Below, one piece after another: positions 28,337 through 39,354 of a DNA stretch of 64,000 nucleotides (positions are counted from its first letter, which is position 1; every line of letters begins with the position of its first letter). Made by a program: the position numbers and the translations under genes. The notes under the pieces are model-generated. The model was not told where the DNA came from, made no database searches, and worked only from the letters and a program-made list of their open reading frames with translations. This DNA is from the human T2T-CHM13v2.0 reference genome, Homo sapiens: assembly GCF_009914755.1 (NCBI RefSeq), contig NC_060931.1. One strand, given 5' to 3'.

Positions 28337-29218
28337 CACCTGGCCACAGTTCCCAGCCACTCGGGGTCCACCACGTTCCCTCGAGGCCAGGCTCCACCCA
28401 GGCTGTCCCCAGCCTAGGACAAAGCTCCCTGGGCTACAGGGACAGCCCTCCCTGGCCAGTGCCGCCCTTCTGCGAACTGCACCTCGGGGGCTCCTGCTGG
28501 GGTCTGAGGCTCTGCCGCCTTCTCCCTGCCCAGGCTGGCCCCCATCGATCCCACCCTGGCGTCTGCTTCCCAAGCACCCAGTGGGCACAACCCCCAGAAG
28601 CACAGTCTCTCTCAGTCCTGGGAGGGGATTTTTTTTCAATTTCAAGTCATGTCAATAAAAGTGATTTTCATAAACTAACCTAGAGGAATTTTTATGGCTG
28701 GGGAGACACAGGCTTACCTGGGAATTTCTGAGTGTGCCTTCATGGTTGGGCCATCTGCAGCTGGGAACTAAAAGGCGCTTTAAAAATGACTGACACTGTA
28801 GGAAAATCTCACAACTGGAGCAGATGAGCCATAGTGACTGAGGGAGAAACATGAGCTGGATGAGAAAGGAGGGCCTGCAGGCACCACTGGAAGGGCCCAG
28901 CATCCTCTCACAGCACAGCGAACTCCGATGTGGCTCTGACTGTTTAATTAACGTGTAGCTAAAGATCACAGAAAAGGGGAAAACAGCGAAGACAGAAAAG
29001 AAAAGAATTCAGAACCAGCTTTAGCTTCTGATATTATGGGAAATTCTGAAGAGGAACGAATGGTATGACAAAATGGAAAGAAACATTTTCCTGGTGTGTT
29101 TTATAAACACACGTAAAGAGGTTCAATAGGTTTAATGTGGTAAAAGGAGATGTATTTAAACATGGCAGGCATTTGCCCGAAGCTGCTTGTAAATAAGCTG
29201 TGGGACAGCCGCTGCGGA

Positions 29219-29663
29219 AGATGCAGAGACCCCAGAGATGCAGAGACCCCAGAGATGCAGAGACCCTAGAGATGCAGAGACTCCAGAGACGCAGAGACCC
29301 CAGAAATGCAGAGACTCCAGAGACGCAGAGACTCCAGAGAGGCAGAGACCCCAGAGATGCAGAGACCCCAGAGACGCAGAGACTCCAGAGACGCAGAGAC
29401 CCCAGAGATGCAGAGACCCCAGAGATGCAGAGACCCCAGAGATGCAGAGACTCCAGAGACGCAGAGACTCCAGAGATGCAGAGACCCCAGAGATGCAGAG
29501 ACCCTAGAGACGCAGAGACCCCAGAGATGCAGAGACCCTAGAGACGCAGAGACTCCAGAGATGCAGAGACCCCAGAGATGCAGAGATCCTAGAGATGGAG
29601 AGACCCCAGTGATGCAGAGACTCCAGAGACGGAGAGACCCCAGAGATGCAGAGACCCTAGAGA
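29219..29663. repeat. 17-bp purine-rich VNTR, ~26 copies
   Basis: AGA(T/C)GCAGAGAC(C/T)C(C/T)AG repeated. Confidence 0.97.
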
Positions 29664-30339
29664 GCATGGGGGCCCTAGAGAGAAGTCACTGACACACAGG
29701 TTTCGGCTAAAAGTTACTATTCTGATTAGGGCCTGTGTGAAGTAGGAATGTGCCTGTGGAGTGTGATGTGAACACAGCTCTCCGAAATTTTCCCATGCGT
29801 GGGCCGATTCGACTGTGTGCTTGTCCTGAGACCAAGAAGAAAACTGCTGAAGTCCCAAAGTGGGACAGGGTTGGGGACAGGACACTCCTCAGGAAAGAAA
29901 GGCCACACCCTTTCTGCAGACACTCAAAAAGACTGCTGTGTGGGATGGGGGACAGAGCAAGAGAGGAAGACACGAAGGAAAAACACACATTTACCGGCTG
30001 TTTTTGTCTGTGAGTCGAGTCTATGAAACATGCCGTGAGATTATTTTCTGCGGTTGATTATTCATGCAACGAACACGTCAGAACACCTTCAGGTGGCCCA
30101 TGGGTGAGGTCTCGCAGGTGCAGCCTCCTCTCCAGAATCTGGCAACCAGGAGAGGCCCTTTGGCGGGCCCAGTAATGGGGGTGCATGCACCTCTCTGCCC
30201 ATCCCACACCTCTACACGGCTGCTCCCAGGCACCAGAGCCTCCACCTACCCCAAACCAAGTCCTGCCCATAGTGTGCCCCGTAGCACCGTCAGCCCTGCC
30301 TTCCATGATTGCAGCTGATGTGCCTGGGGGCGCGGGCAC

Positions 30340-30510
30340 CATTAATTCCTGTATCTTCCCCTCTGTCCAATCCATCACCAAATCCCACTGCTGGCACCTC
30401 CAAGACACCTGCAGACTGCAGCCCGCACGCCAGTGCCCAAGGTCAGGCCAGGTGGCCCCTGCCTGCTCCCCATCCTTCGTGCTCTGCCCAGCCGTCCCCT
30501 TCACTGTGGT
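30340..30510 (+). mobile_element. L2 fragment
   Basis: TCCAATCCATCACCAAATCC...CACCTCCAAGACAC resembles the L2 3' region. Confidence 0.5.
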
Positions 30511-30516
30511 CAGAGC

Positions 30517-31490
30517 TGTGGGCGGTAAGCCACCCAGGTGCCGAGGCAAGAGACTGAGGGCACGAACTGTTCCAGTGTAATAAAATATGTAAAATAAGAA
30601 TAGTTATACTAGATCTAGATCATAGATATGATTATATATGAATATCATTCATCATTAGTTTGTAGCAATTACTCTTTATTCCAATATTATCATAGTCTTT
30701 GCTCTATAATCATAACCTAGGAAAAACCAGGCCATACAGAGATAGTAGCTGAGGGGACACAGTGAGAAGTGACCAGAAGACAAGGGTGTGAGCCTTCTGT
30801 TATGCCCAGACAGGGCCACCAGAGGGCTCCTTGGTCTAGCGGTAACGCCAGTGTCTGGGAAGATGCCCGTTGCCAAGCGGACCGTGGTCAAGCGGTAGCG
30901 TCAGTGCCAAGGAAAAACACCCGCTACTTAGCAGACCAGGAAAGGGAGTCTCCCTTTCCCTGGGGGAGTTTAGAGAAGACTCCACTCCTCCACCTCTTGT
31001 GGAGTCAGGCCCACCTGCAGTTATCCGGAGGCCTAACCGTCTCCCTGTGATGCTGTGCTTCAGTGGTCACGCTCCTAGTCCGCCTTCATGTTCCATCCTG
31101 TACACCTGGCTCTGTGTTTTAGATAGCAGTAGCAAATTTGTGAAAGTACTAAAAGTCTGATATGCAGAAATAATGGCGTAAGCTGTCTCCTCTCTCCTCT
31201 GCCTCGGCTGCCAAACAGGGAAGGGCCCCCTGTCCAGTGGACACGTAACCCATGTGACCTTACCTATCACTGGAGATGGCTCACACTCCTTACCCTGCCC
31301 CTTTGTTTTGTATCCAATAAATATCAGCGCAGCCTGGCATTCCGGGCTACTACTGGTCTCCGTGACTTGGTGGTAGTTGTCCCCAGGGCCCAGCTCTTTT
31401 ATCTTTTTGTCTTGTGTCTTTATTTCTATGATCTCTCGTCTCCACACACGGGGAGAAAAACCCACTGACCCTGTGGGGCTGGACCCTACA
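30517..31490 (+). mobile_element. LTR13/LTR13A solo LTR (HERV-K group, HERVK13)
   Basis: TG...CA termini; starts TGTGGGCGGTAAGCCACCCAGGTGCCGAGGCAAGAGAC, ends GGGGCTGGACCCTACA; 974 bp; perfect 6-bp TSD CAGAGC (30511-30516, 31491-31496); AATAAA at 31316. Confidence 0.93.
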
Positions 31491-33647
31491 CAGAGCGACA
31501 CTTCTAACGGGGCCCTGTTCCAGACCCCACTGCCTGTGGGTGGAGTCCGGGCCGAGGCCCCTTCCTCTCTGTCTGGTTCTTGCTGCTTTTTTCAGTCTGG
31601 AATCTTCGGAGGCTCTTGCTCTGCTCTAATGCAGACCTTCTCCCACACACTCCCTCCACCTGGAAGCTCCTCCTGCCTTCGTATTGGCCTTGGTAACTCC
31701 CGCAGGTCCTGCTAATCTCGCCTGAAAGGTCACCTCTGCCAAGGAGTGTTACCCTGCCCCAGACAAGGTCAGATCTCCTTAATGGATGCCCTGAGCCATC
31801 ACAGCATGGCCACCAGGCACTCCCCGGGGCCTCATCCACACAGAGGCCGGGAGCAGGGGGGCACACCTGGCTTGTTCTCTGTCCCCATGGGGGCGGCAGG
31901 CACTGGATTTGGTGCTCAAACAGTGGGTGCTCTCTCCGTCCTCCCATGAGCCCAGGGGAAAGTGTTGGGAAAAACACATTTGTAAAAATCACTTTTGTGT
32001 GCATTTTTCAACAGAACAAAATACTTCCACATGTGCCTGGGTTTAGGATGGGCAGGAGAAGCCCCTGAAAGGGTGCTCGGTTTGACGATGGGATGTTTTC
32101 GTGTGCATCCCGTCACCAGCCACAGCAGACCCGTTCTCCACAAAGCTCGGTCAGCTGCTGGAGCAGGAGTGTGCTGGACTCCTGCTGCTGCTTCTCCAGC
32201 GTCCAGTGAGGCCTATTTCTTATAGCTACATTTTGCCAATGCTTTTGAGTGATTCTTGTTCAGTGCCTACAATCAACACAGCAGGACAGTGGCTCTCCCT
32301 GGCAGTGCCTCTCATTGACCCCCTTGGAGTCCTTACAGAAGCTGCACATTAAGTCCCACGCATCATCCCAGGTCAGGGGACGGTGAGTGGCCATCCAGCA
32401 TGGTGGAAGCAGGTGCAGCTGTGCCACCCACATCGGGACGCGTGCTCCACTCGTGGCATTCCAGGCTCACAATGTCGCCCTTATCCGATGATCAGCCACC
32501 TCGGATGTGTCCATCAAGCTTTTAAAATTCACAAACAAAAACAAAAGATGCACTAGACCCACCCAGCGACCCCAAGGTCACGCCCTCTGTGGTTATTGGC
32601 AACTCGGGGACGCTGCCCAGCTCCCGATTCCGCTCAGCACCTGTGGACGCGGGAGCATCTATCATCAATCCTCTGCAATTCTATTTTATGATAAATACAG
32701 AAATGACCCTTAACCCACCTTTCCCTCCTTTTTGCTTTTTCCTATTGACACCTGCCCAGCACATCTGCCTCTCGGCAACCACAGAATGAACCAGAAACTT
32801 TGCTCTTCTGCTGTGCCCACAGGAAACTGAATCTCCTGACAGCCTCCCATGACTGTTCTGCTAGAATCGTCAAACTTGGGGAAAAACAGGATTTGAGATG
32901 AACTTCCACGTTACAGGCAGCAAAGCCCAATGATGATGGTCTCTTTTTCAGGACAAGCATTTGGATTCCATAACACAGTCAGTCACAGACCGAGCAGGTA
33001 CACCCGAGGAATAGCCTCTGCAGTCTCACCTGCTGGCCCCACAACAGAGTTCTGGATTCTTTCCTAGTCTGTGTTTGGGAAACACACGTAACGCTGTGGC
33101 ACTGTGGCCTGGAGTGGGTGAGGCAGACGGCCAGCTGCCCTCCCCTCCTGAGCAAAGGGAAGTGGGTGCATGGAGGACCCCAGAGAGCCCAGGCCCCACT
33201 TCCTCATGAGGAAAAGGACCACAGCAAAGTCTCCAAGAACCCAGCCTCAGCATCCCCGCCACTCCCCAAAGCTCCTCAGCGTGGCTGCTTGGGACCCCTC
33301 ATCTGCCCCCATCTGCCATGTTCATGTGCACAAGGTCCACAACGGCAGCCAGACCACACCTGGAAAGACACACAGCAAAAGCTTCCCAAGGAACACGGGC
33401 CGTGAAGGAGTTAAAGTCCTCAGGTCTACGAATACGACATTATCTTTTTTTCCTTGTTTCCTGCTAATCTGTTTAATGGGAAAGTTTCCCTCCTCACAAC
33501 CCATATACAGAATGCTTCCTTAGTTGCAGGCTTTACAAATAATTATCTAGAAATAAATAAGTACAATGATCTATTGTAAGTAAATCTGCATAAAGAAGAG
33601 TTTTCTTTTCTTCCATGAAAATCTAGCCACTTACTGCAGTAGAATCA

Positions 33648-35863
33648 CTACACTCCATCTGCGCACGGTGACGCATCACTGCAGCCACACTCCATCTGCC
33701 CACGGTGAGACATCACTGTAGCCACACTCCATCTGCCCACGGTGAGACATCACTGCAGCCACACTCCATCTGCCCACGGTGACACATCACTGCAGCCATG
33801 CCCCATCTGCCCACGGTGAGACATCACTGCAGCCACACTCCATCTGCCCACGGTGAGACATCACTACAGCCACGCTCCATCTGCCCACGGTGACACATCA
33901 CTGCAGCCACACTCCATCTGCCCACGGTGAGACATCACTGCAGCCACACTCCATCTGCCCACGGTGAGACATCACTGCAGCCACACTCCATCTGCACACA
34001 GTGACGCATCACTGCAGCCACACTCCATCTGCACACGGTGAGACATCACTGCAGCCACACTCCATCTGCACACGGTGAGACATCACTGCAGCCACACTCC
34101 ATCTGCCCACGGTGAGACATCACTGCAGCCACACTCCATCTGCCCACGGTGACACATCACTGCAGCCACGCTCCATCTGCCCACGGTGAGACATCACTGC
34201 AGCCACACTCCATCTGCCCACGGTGACACATCACTGCAGCCACGCTCCATCTGCCCACGGTGAGACATCACTACAGCCACACTCCATCTGCCCACGGTGA
34301 GACATCACTGCAGCCACACTCCATCTGCACACAGTGACGCATCACTGCAGCCACACTCCATCTGCACACGGTGAGACATCACTGCAGCCACACTCCATCT
34401 GCCCACAGTGAGACACCACTGCAGCCACACTCCATCTGCCCACAGTGAGACATCACTGCAGCCACACTCCATCTGCACACGGTGACACATCACTGCAGCC
34501 ACACTCCATCTGCCCACAGTGAGACATCACTGCAGCCACACTCCATCTGCCCACAGTGAGACACCACTGCAGCCACACTCCATCTGCCCACGGTGACACA
34601 TCACTGCAGCCACACTCCATCTGCCCACAGTGAGACACCACTGCAGCCACACTCCATCTGCCCACGGTGAGACATCACTGCAGCCACACTCCATCTGCAC
34701 ACGGTGACACATCACTGCAGCCACACTCCATCTGCCCACAGTGAGACATCACTGCAGCCACACTCCATCTGCCCACAGTGAGACACCACTGCAGCCACAC
34801 TCCATCTGCACACAGTGACACATCACTGCAGCCACACTCCATCTGCACACAGTGACGCATCACTGCAGCCACACTCCATCTGCACACGGTGACGCATCAC
34901 TGCAGCCACACTCCATCTGCCCACGGTGACACATCACTGCAGCCACACTCCATCTGCCCACGGTGAGACATCACTGCAGCCACACTCCATCTGCACACAG
35001 TGACACATCACTGCAGCCACACTCCATCTGCACACAGTGACACATCACTGCAGCCACACTCCATCTGCAGTGACACATCACTGCAGCCACACTCCATCTG
35101 CCCACGGTGACACATCACTGCAGCCACACTCCATCTGCACACGGTGACACATCACTGCAGCCACACTCCATCTGCCCACGGTGACGCATCACTGCAGCCA
35201 CACTCCATCTGCACACGGTGACGCATCACTGCAGCCACACTCCATCTGCCCACGGTGACGCATCACTGCAGCCACACTCCATCTGCCCACGGTGACGCAT
35301 CACTGCAGCCACACTCCATCTGCCCACGGTGAGACATCACTGCAGCCACACTCCATCTGCACACGGTGAGACATCACTGCAGCCACACTCCATCTGCCCA
35401 CGGTGAGACATCACTGCAGCCACACTCCATCTGCACACGGTGAGACATCACTGCAGCCACACTCCATCTGCACACGGTGACACATCACTGCAGCCACACT
35501 CCATCTGCACACGGTGAGACATCACTGCAGCCACACTCCATCTGCACACGGTGACACATCACTGCAGCCACACTCCATCTGCACACGGTGACACATCACT
35601 GCAGCCACACTCCATCTGCCCACGGTGACACATCACTGCAGCCACACTCCATCTGCACACGGTGACACATCACTGCAGCCACACTCCATCTGCACATGGT
35701 GACACATCACTGCAGCCACACTCCATCTGCACACGGTGACACATCACTGCAGCCACACTCCATCTGCACACGGTGACACATCACTGCAGCCACACTCCAT
35801 CTGCACACAGTGACACATCACTGCAGCCACGCTCCATCTGCACACGGTGACACATCACTGCAG
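33648..35863. repeat. 37-bp VNTR, ~60 copies (2.2 kb)
   Basis: CATCACTGCAGCCACACTCCATCTGC(C/A)CAC(G/A)GTGA(G/C)A, highly homogeneous; nearly every unit has a PstI site. Confidence 0.98.
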
Positions 35864-35934
35864 GGTAGAAACTCCCCCATCTCCCATGCAGCCCCCAGCG
35901 GCCGCCATCACAGGTCTCACTGTCTCGCCGTGTG

Positions 35935-36207
35935 TGTGTAACCTGCTTTCTCCCCAGCTCCCACGGCTGTGGCGGCACCTCTCCGTCTCTGTCTGCGCAT
36001 GGCCGCTCTCTGTGTCTGTACCTTCACGAGGTGATCCCCTCTTCTGCTAAGGACACAGTCATGTTGGATTGGGACCCACCCTCATGGAGTCTGACCTCCT
36101 CTTATTGACATCTGCAAAGATCCTATTTCCAAATAAGGCCAAATCCACAGGTAGCAGGGGTTAGGTTTTGACCATAACTTTCTGGAGGTCTCATTATCCC
36201 CACAGCA
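35935..36207 (-). mobile_element. MLT1 (MaLR) LTR fragment
   Basis: TAAGGACACAGTCATGTTGGATTGGGACCCACCCT...ACATCTGCAAAGATCCTATTTCCAAATAAGG...GGGGTTAGG is antisense MLT1. Confidence 0.8.
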
Positions 36208-37719
36208 GGTGTCACCCAGAAATGGTTGACAGAGTGTCCACTGCACACCAGGCAGCCTGCTAGAGACATTGCATTCATTACCTTTGCCTATTTATGAATA
36301 TGGGAAGGTTTTGCAAAGCGATGAATGGCATGGAAAGAGACCATGTAGGCCTTGCTAAGAAGGATGGCCTGGAGGGATGAAGAAGGACCTTTCAAGGCTT
36401 TTTGTTTGAATCGAAAGTTTCCTTTATTAAGTTATTTTACCAAGTGAGCTTGTATCAAGGCTGAGCTTTCAGCGCAGTATTTATGAGCTGCATTTCTTTC
36501 AAAACATTCTATCAAACTGACATTTCCTTAAATCAGACTGACCTTCCACAATATGGAATAAATCAGGTGGTTTAACTCTACTGACTAAAGAGTGTTTTCC
36601 CCAACCCTGAGCCAGGCGGCTTTGTCCGTGTCGCTCAGCTGCCGGCTCACTGAAGGGTGGTCATGGAAGAGCAGGCCGCCGTCGGGCGGTGACTGATTAC
36701 AATCATTTGTTGTGATGCATCGCAAATTAAAGGGACAAGCCCAGCCAAGCTGCTCCGCTCAGAGAGTGCGCGTCCCGCCTCTGCAATTACTGATGTGCAC
36801 AAAGGACCCAGGGACCACTTAAAACAAGGGGAGGACTGAGTCCACGCAGGGATGAAGCCACAGGCACAGTCCCCACGTGCTTGACAGTGGCCCCGCAACC
36901 CACCTGCTCCAGACACCTGTTCCGAGGGAATCTCTCCCATCCACCTGCCGCTGTGGCTCAGACCCCAGGCACAACACAAGCGCTCGGCAGAGAAATGGAC
37001 CGTGCCGCCAATGCACTCGGCGCTGAACCATCATTGAGGAGAGACCAGCTGCTGCTGTGGCCCCTGGGGCTGCAGCATAAACAGTCGTGGTGGCAAAGTG
37101 GTGTCCACAATTACTTGTGTCGTCCGTGAGCACACTGGCTGTGGACGGAGGAAGGCTGTGGCTCCAGGATTGTCATTTCAGCACCGCTGCCCATGGTCCA
37201 AGAGCCGTAGCTGAGATGCAATGGGGGTGTCCTTCATCACCGGTCCCCAGGACCACACCTGAAGGACCTAACAATGATCCTGATGAGAAGGTTGTTAACC
37301 TGTCAAAGCATCAAGATGAAACATCACACAAGACGCTCTGAGCAGGAACCCACTAGTGACAGGGCCCTTCGATCCATGTGGAAGTGCCTAATGCCACTTT
37401 TTTGATGAGCAAAAATGGCAGCTAATAATTTAAGGCAAAAAAGGAACACAATCCAGTATGACAGTTTTTCCCCAACCAGAGGGAGTGCCCATGCGTGGTG
37501 TCCCACGAAGGCGGAGCTGGGCATGAGCACGGCCATGGTCCTGCTGTCAGAGCAACCTCATTCCACGGGGTGAGCATCTCGCACCTTGGTGCGGAAGCCC
37601 AGAGCCCACGCTGACTTCTGCAATAGCCTCAGTAAAGCGACGGGCGACGGCCATGGCACAGAGCACTGAGCACAGAGGTTATCTGAGGTGGCTTCGCATC
37701 AGCTCACAGCAGAGGAGCG

Positions 37720-37830
37720 TTGGCCCAGTTCACAGATGGAGAAAACAAGGCTGGAGGAGACCAACGTGTCCAACATCACAGGTAAGTCAAGGCTATGGGA
37801 CTGAAACTCAGTCCTGTGGACACCAGCCAG
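37720..37830 (-). mobile_element. MIR fragment
   Basis: CCCAGTTCACAGATGGAGAAAACAAGGC...TGTCCAACATCACA...GGGACTGAAACTCAG resembles the MIR core. Confidence 0.55.
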
Positions 37831-37918
37831 GGCTGCAGGTGCTGGCTGTATTCCTGCTGTTACAGTCAGTGCACATGTGTGTGGGGCTCTGCAGTTTCCC
37901 AGGTACTGTCAGTGGCAG

Positions 37919-39354
37919 TGAAAGGTGATGGCGTGCTGGCAGCCCTTGCAGCCCTCGCTCACTCTCAGCACCTCCTTGGCCTTGGCGCCCACTCTGGCCC
38001 TGCTTGAGGAGCCCTTCAGCTCACTGCTGCACCATGGGAGCCCCTCTCTGGGCTGGCCAAGGCCTGAGCCGGCTCCCTCTGCTTGTGGGGAGGTGTGGAG
38101 GGAGAGGCACAGGCAGGAACTGGGGCTGTGCGTGGTGCTCACGGGCCAGCACGAGTTCTGGGTGGGCGTGGGCTCGGCAGGCCCCACACTCGGAGCTGCC
38201 AGCCAGCGCTGCTGGCCCCAGGCAGTGAGGGGCTTAGCACCCAGGCCAGCAGCTGCGGAGGGTGTGCCGGTTCCCCCAGCAGTGCCAGCCCACCAGCACT
38301 GCGCTCAAATTCTTGCTGGGCCTCAGCTGCCTCCCCATGGGGCAGGGCGCGGGATCTGCAGCCCACCATGCCTGAGCCTCCCCTTCGCCATGGGCTCCTG
38401 TGCGGCCTGAGCCTCCCCGACAAGCGCCGCCCCCTGCTCCGCGGCGCCCAGTCCCATTGACCGCCCAAAGGCTGAGGAGTGTGGGCTCACGGTGCACGAC
38501 TGGCAGGCAGCTCCGCCTGCGGCCCTGGTGCAGGATCCACTAGGTGAAGCCAGTTGGGCTCCTGAGTCTAGTGAGGACTTGGAGAACATTTATCTCTAGC
38601 TAAGGGGTTGTAAATACTCCAATCAGCACTCTGTGTCTAGCTAAGGTTTGTAAATACACCAATCAGCACTCTGTGTCTAGCTCAAGGTTTGTAAATACAA
38701 CATTTAGTGCTCTGTATTTAGCTAATCTGATGGGGACTTGGAGAACATTTATGTCTAGCTAAGGGACTGTAAATACACCAATCAGCACTCTTGTGTCTAG
38801 CTAATGGTTTGTAAACACACCAATCAGCACTCTGTGTCTAGCTCAAGGTTTATAAATACACCAATCAGCACTCAGTGTCTAGCTCAGGGATTGTAAATGC
38901 ACCAATCAGCACCCTGTCAAAAAAGACCAATCAGCTCTCTGTAAAACAGACCAATCAGCTCTCTGTAAAATAGACCAATCAGCAGGATGTGGGTGGGGCC
39001 AGATAAGGGGAAAAAAGCAGGCTGCCCGAGCCAGCAGTGGCAACCCACTTGGGTCCCCTTTCACATTGTGGAAGCTTTGTTCTTCTGCTCTTTGCAGTAA
39101 ATCTTGCTGCTGCTCACTCTTTGGGTCTGCACTGCCTTTATGAGCTGTAACACTCACCATGAAGGTCTGCAGCTTCACTCCTGAGGCCAGCGAGACCACG
39201 AACCCACCAGAAAGAAGAAAATCTGAATACATCCAAACATTAGAAGGAACAAACTCGGGACACACCGCCTTTAAGAACTGTAACACTCACTGCAAGGGTC
39301 CGTGGCTTTATTCTTGAAGTCAGTGAGACCAAGAACCCACCAATTCTGGACACA
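37919..39354 (+). mobile_element. LTR12 (ERV9) solo LTR, LTR12C/E-like
   Basis: TG...CA; starts TGAAAGGTGATGGCGTGCTGGCAGCCC, ends CAAGAACCCACCAATTCTGGACACA; perfect 4-bp TSD GCAG; GC-rich 5' U3, tandem CCAAT enhancer repeats and U5 repeats. Confidence 0.96.
38581..39020 (+). promoter_or_regulatory. ERV9 U3 enhancer/promoter repeats with nine CCAAT (NF-Y) boxes and a GATA site
   Basis: CCAATCAG at 38619, 38659, 38778, 38820, 38861, 38902, 38927, 38951, 38975; AGATAA at 39001. Activity is not shown by the sequence. Confidence 0.7.

Noticed and set aside
33648-35863. CRISPR-like regular 37-bp periodicity
   Set aside because: Head-to-tail repeats with no unique spacers, no cas genes, and primate DNA.
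37919-38530. Apparent CpG island with overlapping ORFs
   Set aside because: It is the GC-rich U3 of the LTR12 element.
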